DNA of 53,857 nucleotides from an uncultured bacterium (GTDB lineage Bacteria; UBA8481), in assembly GCA_964499705.1 (NCBI GenBank), contig CAZCME010000027.1, forward strand, positions 1 to 53,857, written 5' to 3'. The notes below the pieces were generated by a model. It did no database searches, was not told where the DNA came from, and saw only the letters and a program-made list of their open reading frames with translations. The position numbers and the translations under genes are program-made. Shown here piece by piece: positions 9,478-17,574 of this stretch (position 1 is its first letter; each line of letters opens with the position of its first letter).

Positions 9478-11034
9478 TCACTGATGCTGCCAACAGTAGC
9501 CGTCAGTGCCTGCACTACGGGAGCAACGATAGCCGCGCCTTGTCGTAGCTAGACAACGGCCATCGCTTTCATCTCGCGCGGGCCGTGAATAAGCAGCTGC
9601 TTCCGCTTCAGCTAATTTGGCCGCCCTCTCGACTTCCTGCTGGCGTCGCCGTTCTTCAACCTCAGCTTTCCGTTGTAGTCTCTTTGCTTCTGCATCAGCT
9701 TTCTCCTGTTGCCGCTTTGCCTCTGCGTAGACCTTCTGCTGTCGCCGCTTTTCCTCAGCCTCAACAATCTGCTGCTTTCGCTGTTCCTCAGCGATAGCTG
9801 ATCTAGCCTTTTGAATTAGTCGTCTCACCTCTGGCGATTGATCCGGTATCGAAATGTCAAAGATCACAGACATTCGTGCGACTTTTTCAGCAAGTGCGGA
9901 ATCTCCCGATGAAAGGTAGTTCTGCAATAAGACTCTGTAAACGTCCGTCAGATGCTCGCGAGAAACATTCTCCGGGGTAGCATGATCCAAATGAGTATTA
10001 TAGAGGATGACAGCAGCATCAGTATCGCCATTCAGCCACAGCGTATAAGCCTGGCTCAGTATCTGGTATGGTGTAGGCTGCTGATGGATGGCAGTAGTGG
10101 AAATAGTGTTTTGCGGGGGGCTTTGACTAGGAGCTGAATTTGATGAGTTCGCTTGCCGCGATGGCTGATAGGTCATTCCCACGATGAAGAAAGTTGCTAT
10201 GGTAATTACGGCTTTAGCTTTTCTACTATGCCATTTGTCTAACCAGAGCCAGATAAGACACACTGGCCAAACGCGGGAAGAAATAAAGAAATACAATATA
10301 AGATAATAAAATCTCCATTTTCCACGATTACGATACTTGTTCAGCTCGCTTGGGGCATCCAACCACGCTGTGAATTGATTCCATAAGCCATTCGAAATTG
10401 ATGAATTCTCTGCGGAAGGCTCTGTGACTTCGCGTTCATTTTCGATTCCGGCTGATGTTGAGTTCTGAGGGCGCTCAGAATCATCCGGATCAATGCCCAT
10501 CAATTCGAGCATATCCTTCGATAAAGTAAAAGCGCGGATCCCAGCGCGCTGGTATTTCTCTGTTTGATTGTTAATCGCAGCCTCGGCCATGTCGATGATA
10601 GCGTCGCAATAATGATCGTCTTTCTCGGCAATTTCCTGAGCAGCGCTGCCAATGGAAACGCGACGCCGAATCTTCGAAATAAGTTCTTTCCGTGCTTCGA
10701 TCGCCGATATTTGTTTTCGGATTTGTGCCTTTTGTTTACTTCCGGCGAGAATATTATTGACTGCTGCTTGGATATTCGTCGCCGCATTGCCTGGTTCCGT
10801 TACGTCCGTATTGGTCGATCGCATTGCCACTATGTATTCTTCCGCGCTGTTCAAATCTTGAATAATCGCCATTTCATTCTCGGAAACTAAACCACCGTTG
10901 GGAAGTTTCTCGATCCCTGTGACTACCCGTGCTGTCGCGATCTCGGAAATATCAGGCTGTATTGGAATCTCATTACTAACGAGGTGAAGATCCTTGAGAA
11001 ATGTCTCGATATTTAACTTATTGGCCACTATCAA
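9478..11034 (-). CDS. Hypothetical membrane protein with coiled coil and C-terminal Cys3-His motif
   Basis: 518 aa; central TM pair; E/K/R/Q-rich helix; ends CLATTRRGYRCSRSAGTDGYCWQHQ. Confidence 0.7.
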   Translation of the reverse strand: MIVANKLNIETFLKDLHLVSNEIPIQPDISEIATARVVTGIEKLPNGGLVSENEMAIIQDLNSAEEYIVAMRSTNTDVTEPGNAATNIQAAVNNILAGSKQKAQIRKQISAIEARKELISKIRRRVSIGSAAQEIAEKDDHYCDAIIDMAEAAINNQTEKYQRAGIRAFTLSKDMLELMGIDPDDSERPQNSTSAGIENEREVTEPSAENSSISNGLWNQFTAWLDAPSELNKYRNRGKWRFYYLILYFFISSRVWPVCLIWLWLDKWHSRKAKAVITIATFFIVGMTYQPSRQANSSNSAPSQSPPQNTISTTAIHQQPTPYQILSQAYTLWLNGDTDAAVILYNTHLDHATPENVSREHLTDVYRVLLQNYLSSGDSALAEKVARMSVIFDISIPDQSPEVRRLIQKARSAIAEEQRKQQIVEAEEKRRQQKVYAEAKRQQEKADAEAKRLQRKAEVEERRRQQEVERAAKLAEAEAAAYSRPARDESDGRCLATTRRGYRCSRSAGTDGYCWQHQ

Positions 11035-11651
11035 CCAAGCGTCATGTATTTATCAAGGAACTTCCGCGTAATGGCGTCCTCAAATACTTTTCGCGCCCGC
11101 TTGATGATATCGTCCGCTTCCAAATTAAAGTCTTTGGCAGATTCCCACGGCACTGGAACTGTTGCGAGCCCTACTGTTCCACCGCCACCCCATCCCATTT
11201 TCCGTGAACTGGAGCACTCCACGCCTTGAGGAAAGCAACTTATGATTTTCTCTTCTGCCTCCAAACCGCCTCGACACCAGACCCAAGGAAACAAACCACC
11301 GTTGTCGAGATAGATACCGATTTGGCGCACATATTTTCCTTCTTCATCTTTGCTTGGCGTACGAAGATCGAGTTTCAGCTGCCAGCTCTTTTGAACGGTA
11401 CTTGTTTTCGGAGATTTAAGCTTGAGCGATTCGATAGTCGCTAAGCGAGCCTGCAAATCCGAAACGCATGCTTCCAGCAAGGTGGCCGCCTCGATACAAG
11501 CCGCGTCACCAACAGCATTCACTTTCTTCTTGATAAGTTCAAGATCAGCGTGATGTTCGACTTCAGGAAGAGATTTTTCTTCCTCGTACAACTGGGTCAT
11601 CTCCGAATAATATTTTAGGTAGAACATGAGTGATTTTCCGATCGCCGCCAT
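11031..11651 (-). CDS. Hypothetical protein
   Basis: 206-aa ORF closely abutting or overlapping neighbours; GGAGG upstream. Confidence 0.7.
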   Translation of the reverse strand: MAAIGKSLMFYLKYYSEMTQLYEEEKSLPEVEHHADLELIKKKVNAVGDAACIEAATLLEACVSDLQARLATIESLKLKSPKTSTVQKSWQLKLDLRTPSKDEEGKYVRQIGIYLDNGGLFPWVWCRGGLEAEEKIISCFPQGVECSSSRKMGWGGGGTVGLATVPVPWESAKDFNLEADDIIKRARKVFEDAITRKFLDKYMTLG

Positions 11652-11653
11652 AT

Positions 11654-12580
11654 TTATTTTCCTCCTGTAAATCCTGATGAGAGATATTCGCTAATACGGT
11701 AAATGTCATCCTTCGTGGTAATATTTCCGCAATTCAGCAGGTAGAGATCTTTCAATACTCCAGTCATGTAGAGCCGTAGAAATTCGATTCCCGGCTTTTT
11801 ATCGAGTTTCGGTAGCTGCGTTCGAAATAGTGACATGAGTGTGATGAATGATATGGGAATCCATTGCGGTCCCCCACATTTGGATTTCGTTTCGGGCATC
11901 CTTCCTTGATCCGGAGTAAGAAAGACAAGGGCATGATGGTCCGAGAAAGAGATGCGTTCTTGAAGCAAGTTCTCATACCTCTCACACTGATCCTCTCCTT
12001 CGTCGGCCTCGACTTTGGCTTCCACGATCACCATCCATTCTTCAATCTTGTCGTCGGGCAGAGTCCATTTCCCGCGCATGAAGATATCGAGTCGATCACG
12101 GGTTTCCCCGCTGATTAACTCACACTCGATGCGCACGTCGTGCAGCTGTGGCTCGTGCGGCATTTCCATAAATATTTTCCCTAAAAATACACGGAGAAGT
12201 GCCTCTTTGAAACCATGGTCTTCATCGGGATTCATCAACCAACCAAGCGTGCGAGTATGGGCGGTTTCGCGAAGACCTAAATCGAGCGTGCCAAAGAGAC
12301 TGATTCGGCAGCGAAGGGGATCGTTGAGAGGTAGGTGTTCATACCAATCCGAACCGCCATCTAGCTTGTCGATCAACGTCAACTTCATGGTCTCAAACAG
12401 GCTCGCTAATTCTGAGTAATCATGATCCGTCAGTGTCTCGAGAAATTCACAGTCACGTGAAAGAGTTTTACTGACGACGTAAAGGTCGCTGACAAGCGCC
12501 TCGACATCTACACGCGTGGGATTGGGCGCGTATGCCAGATCGAGGTCGAAAATGAATTGCTTGGATATAGAGAGATTCAT
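11654..12580 (-). CDS. PD-(D/E)XK nuclease family protein
   Basis: ETAHTRTLGWLMNP...HGF, RLDIF, IVEAKV...EGEDQCERY. Confidence 0.8.
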   Translation of the reverse strand: MNLSISKQFIFDLDLAYAPNPTRVDVEALVSDLYVVSKTLSRDCEFLETLTDHDYSELASLFETMKLTLIDKLDGGSDWYEHLPLNDPLRCRISLFGTLDLGLRETAHTRTLGWLMNPDEDHGFKEALLRVFLGKIFMEMPHEPQLHDVRIECELISGETRDRLDIFMRGKWTLPDDKIEEWMVIVEAKVEADEGEDQCERYENLLQERISFSDHHALVFLTPDQGRMPETKSKCGGPQWIPISFITLMSLFRTQLPKLDKKPGIEFLRLYMTGVLKDLYLLNCGNITTKDDIYRISEYLSSGFTGGK

Positions 12581-12713
12581 GTGAGAACTATATGCTCCAA
12601 CGGTATTGTAGAAAGATTTTATTGTGGGCGAAAGCAGCGCGAGTCACACAAAAGGGGCGTGCACGGCGGGCGCCGCCAATCAAAGGAATGATATCAAGCT
12701 TCGTCTCAGAGAC

Positions 12714-12849
12714 TTCGCCTAATGTATAAGGTTCCGAAGCCGACGCGGAGCGCCACGGAAGAGAGGGGAACCGACGCTTCATCAGGTTCACCGAACGGTG
12801 GCGTGGAGCGTCGGGTTGCGCGCCAGCCGGAAAAGCGACGTCGGGCGAA
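12714..12849. repeat. Degenerate cassette-boundary element E7
   Basis: TTCGCCTAAT...TTCCGAAG...GGCGTG...GTTGCGCG...CGGAA...GTCGGGCGAA. Confidence 0.65.
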
Positions 12850-12941
12850 CTGACCGCCTTCCGTGATCGGGAGCTAATGAGAGAACGTAGCCCAAGCGTG
12901 CAACGAAACGCGCCCATCAGGCAAACCGACACGGAGGTCGG

Positions 12942-13138
12942 TTTGCCTGACGATTCGAATGGCCGAACTTGCAGACCGGCGTGACGTTTGCGGAATGACA
13001 ATGACCATCGCATATCAATTCAACTTCACAACTACACGAGCCATCATGATATAACAACCTCAGCAAACGGCATGACGGTTTGCAAGTTAGCGGGAGCGCC
13101 CGCCAGGGCGCGGACGCGGCCATTCGGCATTAGACGAA
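12942..13138. repeat. Cassette-boundary element E8
   Basis: TTTGCCTGACGATTCGAATGGCCG ... CGGCCATTCGGCATTAGACGAA-GC-CCACC. Confidence 0.8.
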
Positions 13139-13291
13139 GCCCACCCTTGATATGAATCAAGCTCAACCCACGAGAAGTTCATTCAAGCGCTCCGATCATG
13201 CATAAGTGCAGGCAACGGACTGAAATCTGCAGATACACGCAAACCCGTCATATTATTTTCACAATAGAGTAAGTGGATGCCCGTTGCCATA

Positions 13292-14146
13292 TCACTTTTG
13301 AAGGGACTCCAGCCGCCGCTTGCCATCATATGTCCATTTTATACGTACCCGCTGACCGATCTCGACGCGACCGACAGAGGCGGCAAATGTCTTCGTGTCC
13401 GCAATACCGCCGTTACGAGAAGTAAGCTTAGGAACGTAGCGTGTCGCAAATCCGGTATCGGAACGAATATCAATCCAATACTCACCGTCCCAATATTTGC
13501 CAATATCTGTGACAATACCTGATGTTCTACCAGATGTGGCGCGAGGTGTGAGAGTCTCAATCTTCACCATCCATGGCATCAATTCATTGTAATCGTATGA
13601 TTTCCATGAGAGGCGAATTATGCCTTCTGGAGGAATCTTTCCCATAAATTGCATTAGCGCCCTTCTGGCTGCCCTATGTTCGGGCAATTCTTCTCCCACG
13701 TAATAGGGATTGTCAGGAACAGGTGATAACCGATCTGCTACGAATTCAACCATGAGATGCGTACCTTCTTCAGAAATATTGCGGCGAACAGAGGAAGCGA
13801 TACAAATGATGCATTCAGAGTCGATTGTATAGTCTTTGAGACCGGCGTGATCGCGATCGCCCGTTTGACGGATGGCAACTCCCCGGGAAGTAGACTCAGT
13901 TTCAGCTTTCAATGTAATCGAACCAGGAAATAAGCCCGTCCCCACGTTTAGTTCTGTGAGTATTCCAACTATGCAGGCGTCCCATGACTCATTTGGCGTG
14001 GCGTCTTTCGGCGCGTCGTATCGTTTGGATTTATCAATGTCAGCAAGCTCTGATGCTGAAGCCCTTGTAGCAACCATGCCAATGAACAATATCGATACTG
14101 TGTATACCAACACATATCTGGACCGACGACGGTGATTGTCTACCAT
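13292..14146 (-). CDS. Hypothetical secreted protein
   Basis: 284 aa, N-terminal signal-like segment, GGAGG upstream. Confidence 0.65.
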   Translation of the reverse strand: MVDNHRRRSRYVLVYTVSILFIGMVATRASASELADIDKSKRYDAPKDATPNESWDACIVGILTELNVGTGLFPGSITLKAETESTSRGVAIRQTGDRDHAGLKDYTIDSECIICIASSVRRNISEEGTHLMVEFVADRLSPVPDNPYYVGEELPEHRAARRALMQFMGKIPPEGIIRLSWKSYDYNELMPWMVKIETLTPRATSGRTSGIVTDIGKYWDGEYWIDIRSDTGFATRYVPKLTSRNGGIADTKTFAASVGRVEIGQRVRIKWTYDGKRRLESLQK

Positions 14147-14175
14147 ATTTTCCTCCTAATTATAACGATTTGAGA

Positions 14176-14325
14176 TCATTGATGCTGCCAACAATAACCG
14201 TCAGCGCCAGCACTTCGCGAACAACGATCGCCTCGCCTAGTAATAGCAAGACAACGACCATCACTTTCATTGCGGGCGGGCCGTCCATAATTATAATTAT
14301 GGCTATTCCTCGCCATAATCCACAT
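14176..14325 (-). CDS. Small Cys3-His peptide ORF, not in the ORF track; could be the frameshifted tail of the 369-aa gene
   Basis: Translates MWIMARNSHNYNYGRPARNESDGRCLAITRRGDRCSRSAGADGYCWQHQ*, homologous to the C-terminus of 9478-11034. Confidence 0.6.
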   Translation of the reverse strand: MWIMARNSHNYNYGRPARNESDGRCLAITRRGDRCSRSAGADGYCWQHQ

Positions 14326-15412
14326 ATAGAATCTTTATTACTGGTAATCGCCTAACAAAGCGCCCTTCGCCGGTGATGATAGTTTTCATACCAGCGATTT
14401 TCGCAATTATTGTACCGTAGAAATCTGATAGATCGCTGTTAGCATATCTTGAGTTGGCCGCTGATAATATGAAGCCACTTCCGAAAAGATACATATTCTT
14501 ATTATCGGTAAATGGCTCAGATATTTGCCCCTGTAACTGGATAGTTTTACCGTTGAAACCTGAAAGATCTGCAAGAATATCTTCCGGATCAACTTCAGAC
14601 GGCATGAAATAGAATGTTGCAACATCGAGTGAATCAATCCGAGATGGATTTATTTTGCGCCTAATTTTAGCGGCTATTGATTTTCGAGATGCGCCCTCCT
14701 CCATACCGGAGGCAAATGCTATCGCTTTGACAAAGTCACCTTCTGCAAGGGCGCGTTGCGCTTCTACAAGATCCTCTTTTGACTCTTCATGAAGCCCTTT
14801 GCGAAAGGCTACTTTTGCTCGTTCGAGATAGACCAGAGCTTTCTCGGCTTCAATTGAGCCTGAGTAGCGCGAGTTCAACTCGGCGCATAATTCTTCCAAA
14901 TCCGACACCGAACCGAGATCTTCATACCAACTCGCAAGACGAAGAAGCGCTTTAAGATGACGACGGCGCAAGCCCGTCGCTGACGTATCTGAAACATGAA
15001 TGCTTACAGGTTTTCCAAATGCCGTTCTCTCGCTCGATGCGATGTATGACCCATTCAAGCAACAAAGGTCATCGCCGGTCAGAATCATGCTAAGATTCTC
15101 AGTATCTCGCATTACTATAGTCGCGAACGTCATGGCGCGAGTTAGACCACGCTCAGCAATCCGTTTATCAATATATTCGCGAAGCTGATACTGGCTGGAT
15201 AAATTTAGCTCGTCGGAATCAATTCGGATTATCACGTCGCCCGCTTCCAAGTCCGCCACGGGGTTCAATATTCCATTTGGTTTCGGGATACTAGTTACTA
15301 AGAAATCAGCAGTCACACATGTCGGAATTGATAAAATCATGAGAGTCAGGCAAATTCCTACCAATAATGTCCTTATCACAATATCACGCCTCCTTAAAAT
15401 CGTCAGTGTCAA
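14303..15412 (-). CDS. Hypothetical secreted protein with PDZ-like segment
   Basis: Signal-like N-terminus, LEAGDVIIRID, helical region; true start may lie slightly downstream. Confidence 0.6.
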   Translation of the reverse strand: MTLTILRRRDIVIRTLLVGICLTLMILSIPTCVTADFLVTSIPKPNGILNPVADLEAGDVIIRIDSDELNLSSQYQLREYIDKRIAERGLTRAMTFATIVMRDTENLSMILTGDDLCCLNGSYIASSERTAFGKPVSIHVSDTSATGLRRRHLKALLRLASWYEDLGSVSDLEELCAELNSRYSGSIEAEKALVYLERAKVAFRKGLHEESKEDLVEAQRALAEGDFVKAIAFASGMEEGASRKSIAAKIRRKINPSRIDSLDVATFYFMPSEVDPEDILADLSGFNGKTIQLQGQISEPFTDNKNMYLFGSGFILSAANSRYANSDLSDFYGTIIAKIAGMKTIITGEGRFVRRLPVIKILYVDYGEE

Positions 15413-16064
15413 ATCGGAATCCGCAATAACGGCATTTTACGGCCTCGTATTTGATCATTTCTGCACACTCAGGACATTTTTTGTTAGGTTCGCCACTCTC
15501 CACCGGCATTGGCATCGACAGAACGGATACCTTTGCCTCTCGCGTTTTATGCCACTGCTTATCTATCAATGAAAAGGCAAGGTTGACGCCTGCTGCCGCG
15601 GGGAGATACTCTTTAAAAAATGATGAGTTATTTCCTGATGCCCGCACAAATACATTTCCACCCTGTTCAACGCCGGTAAGATCACTGAAGAGGTTTTGCT
15701 CCACGACCATATGCCCCGTGGCAAGCATGCTGGTGGCGATTACTCGCCGCTCAGTAATGACAGAGATACCGTAAACGAGCGGACTACGGAATGATCTTGG
15801 CACTTCGCGCCAAAAGACGCCAATCGGTGGCTCCTTTCTCAAGTCGAGCCCCGGGATTCGCTGTGCGAGAATTACAGGAATATATGGTGGCAATCCTCGC
15901 GCGGTCGGTTCGAAATGCCAGACAACGGAGCTGAAGCAACCGCATCTGAATATTTTTCTGGTTGACATATTATTAGATATATTCCGGTTTCGCGCTCGAA
16001 TCAACATGTAATATCCACCCAATACTGGTGAAATCATAATAAGTATCAGAATAATAGCTACCAT
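15384..16064 (-). CDS. Membrane-anchored protein with C-terminal zinc ribbon
   Basis: N-terminal TM; KKCPECAEMIKYEAVKCRYCG. Confidence 0.75.
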   Translation of the reverse strand: MVAIILILIMISPVLGGYYMLIRARNRNISNNMSTRKIFRCGCFSSVVWHFEPTARGLPPYIPVILAQRIPGLDLRKEPPIGVFWREVPRSFRSPLVYGISVITERRVIATSMLATGHMVVEQNLFSDLTGVEQGGNVFVRASGNNSSFFKEYLPAAAGVNLAFSLIDKQWHKTREAKVSVLSMPMPVESGEPNKKCPECAEMIKYEAVKCRYCGFRFDTDDFKEA

Positions 16065-16167
16065 CTATCTAAACCCTCCGTAAACGAGATACACCTCGCC
16101 GAGTAGACTTGAACCGAGTGGCCGATATCACCACAGAGGGGATGTTATCAAGCGTCGGCACTGACAC

Positions 16168-16306
16168 TTCGCCTAACGATTGTGATTTCCGAACTTGCGG
16201 ATTGGCGCGACGGTTGCCGCTTTTGCAACCGGCGTGACGATTCGCAAGTTGCGCGGAAGCGGCCCGCTTCTGGCCGCTGTAGCCGGAAATCAGCGCGTTA
16301 GGCGAA
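16168..16306. repeat. Cassette-boundary element E9 (short)
   Basis: Arms nearly identical to E6: TTCGCCTAACGATTGTGATTTCCGAACTT ... CGGAAATCAGCGCGTTAGGCGAA-CT-CCACC. Confidence 0.9.
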
Positions 16307-16346
16307 CTCCACCGTTGAGAGATATATAACTTCGGGCACCCGCCCA

Positions 16347-16589
16347 TCACAACAAATATCTCCCGATTTTGAGAGATCCGTGAAATACACCAATAACATC
16401 TACATCCCGATCTTGCTTGATTAAATATGCAATTCGATAATGGCCGTACAGAAGAATCCGAATGTGGCGATCAGTGATATCCCAATACCGATATCCAGAT
16501 TCGGAGAAGTCTCGCAATATTTGAGAGTGGTCGTATATCGATTGGATAAGGTGGAGAGCCACGTCTGGGGTCGCGGCCTCGGCCATCAT
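16347..16589 (-). pseudogene. ParE/RelE-family toxin, N-terminally truncated
   Basis: LRDFSESG...RILLYGHYRIAYLI...VDVIGVFHGS; expected N-terminal strand/helix is missing and no antitoxin is adjacent. Confidence 0.65.
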
Positions 16590-16593
16590 CCTC

Positions 16594-16674
16594 CTCTTAC
16601 GTTGCCGATAAGCGGCCCGAAACGGCGGCGCAACGCGCCGCTGTTGGGGGTCCGTGTTCATCGACGGGTTAGAC
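16594..16674 (-). other. Canonical-type attC site
   Basis: Minus strand GTCTAAC-CCGTCGATGAACACGG...CCGCTTATCGGCAAC-GTAAGAG; R'' overlaps the TAA stop of the upstream gene; 81 bp; R' deviates from GTTRRRY. Confidence 0.75.
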
Positions 16675-17259
16675 CTGTGCTTGCGTAAGACGAATATCGA
16701 CTTCTCGGTCGACGTATTTCCATTCCTCTGACGCACGCAGTTCGGAAAGCAGCCTGTTGAACTCAACCTCATGAATTGGCGCGTATTCGAACCAATTCAG
16801 AAAATCGAACGGTTCATTCTCTGAGAGGTCCCGGCAGTGGTGGAGCTTGCGCGCTACTGCAGGCAAGTACTGAAGCCCGATTTGGACGTGCTTCGACTGT
16901 TCGAAAACGCTCCGGCGTTCGTCTTGCGTGAGATCCCACCAAGCTGCGTTCTTCCGGATCGGTATTAGCGCAGCGCACGTTGCTTCTGGGCGCGCCAGAC
17001 CTTGCTGCTTCGCTACAATTTCATTCTTCTCTGCGCGCATGACATATCGTTCATTGCTGGTTATTCCACGAAGTATCCAGGGTGCATTGGTTTCAGACTG
17101 CACCTCTGAAGCGGATACGACGTTGAGCCTTTTGGCTTCAGGCAGGGGCTCGCCAACTCTGGTTTCGGCTCTGACAATCCGCCAAGGGCCAATGTCTGCG
17201 CCGACGAATGCAAATAATCGTGTATTCGCCATCAAGTTCTGTTCAACGTATCCAGCCAT
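16669..17259 (-). CDS. Chlorite dismutase-family (Cld/DyP-like) heme protein
   Basis: LIPIRKNAAWWDLTQDERR...H...LPAVARKLHHCRDL...FDFLNWFEY...EEWKYVDRE; GAGGAG RBS. Confidence 0.85.
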   Translation of the reverse strand: MAGYVEQNLMANTRLFAFVGADIGPWRIVRAETRVGEPLPEAKRLNVVSASEVQSETNAPWILRGITSNERYVMRAEKNEIVAKQQGLARPEATCAALIPIRKNAAWWDLTQDERRSVFEQSKHVQIGLQYLPAVARKLHHCRDLSENEPFDFLNWFEYAPIHEVEFNRLLSELRASEEWKYVDREVDIRLTQAQV

Positions 17260-17372
17260 AACACTCTCCTCGAAGAATATTGTCTATCCTAATTACAAGC
17301 TACACAACAATGCGTCCAATAAATGCATCTCACCCGCAGGTAGGTCGATATTCAGTCGCCTCCGCGGAGCGG

Positions 17373-17574
17373 TTCGACTAACGTTGTGGCTGTCCGAACC
17401 GGGCGGCGGCACCCAGATCGAGAATCAAAAGCTGACAAGCACCAGGGCAAATGGACAGGGGCGGGCGCGTCGCTTGCGTCTTTTTGCAAGCGGCGTGAAC
17501 GACCCATCATCGCCACGCCCGGTTGCGCGAAACGACCGCAGGGAGTGGAGCCGGACAGCCGCACGTTAGACGAA
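17373..17574. repeat. Cassette-boundary element E10
   Basis: TTCGACTAACGTTGTGGCTGTCCG ... CGGACAGCCGCACGTTAGACGAA-CCC-CCACC. Confidence 0.9.

Noticed and set aside
919-17574. CRISPR array interpretation of the repeats
   Set aside because: Repeats are 136-210 bp, divergent and separated by whole genes; no cas genes are present.
919-17574. MITE or IS-end interpretation of the elements
   Set aside because: No target-site duplications or transposase seen; all copies share one orientation, are confined to the array and are absent from the 35 kb of backbone.
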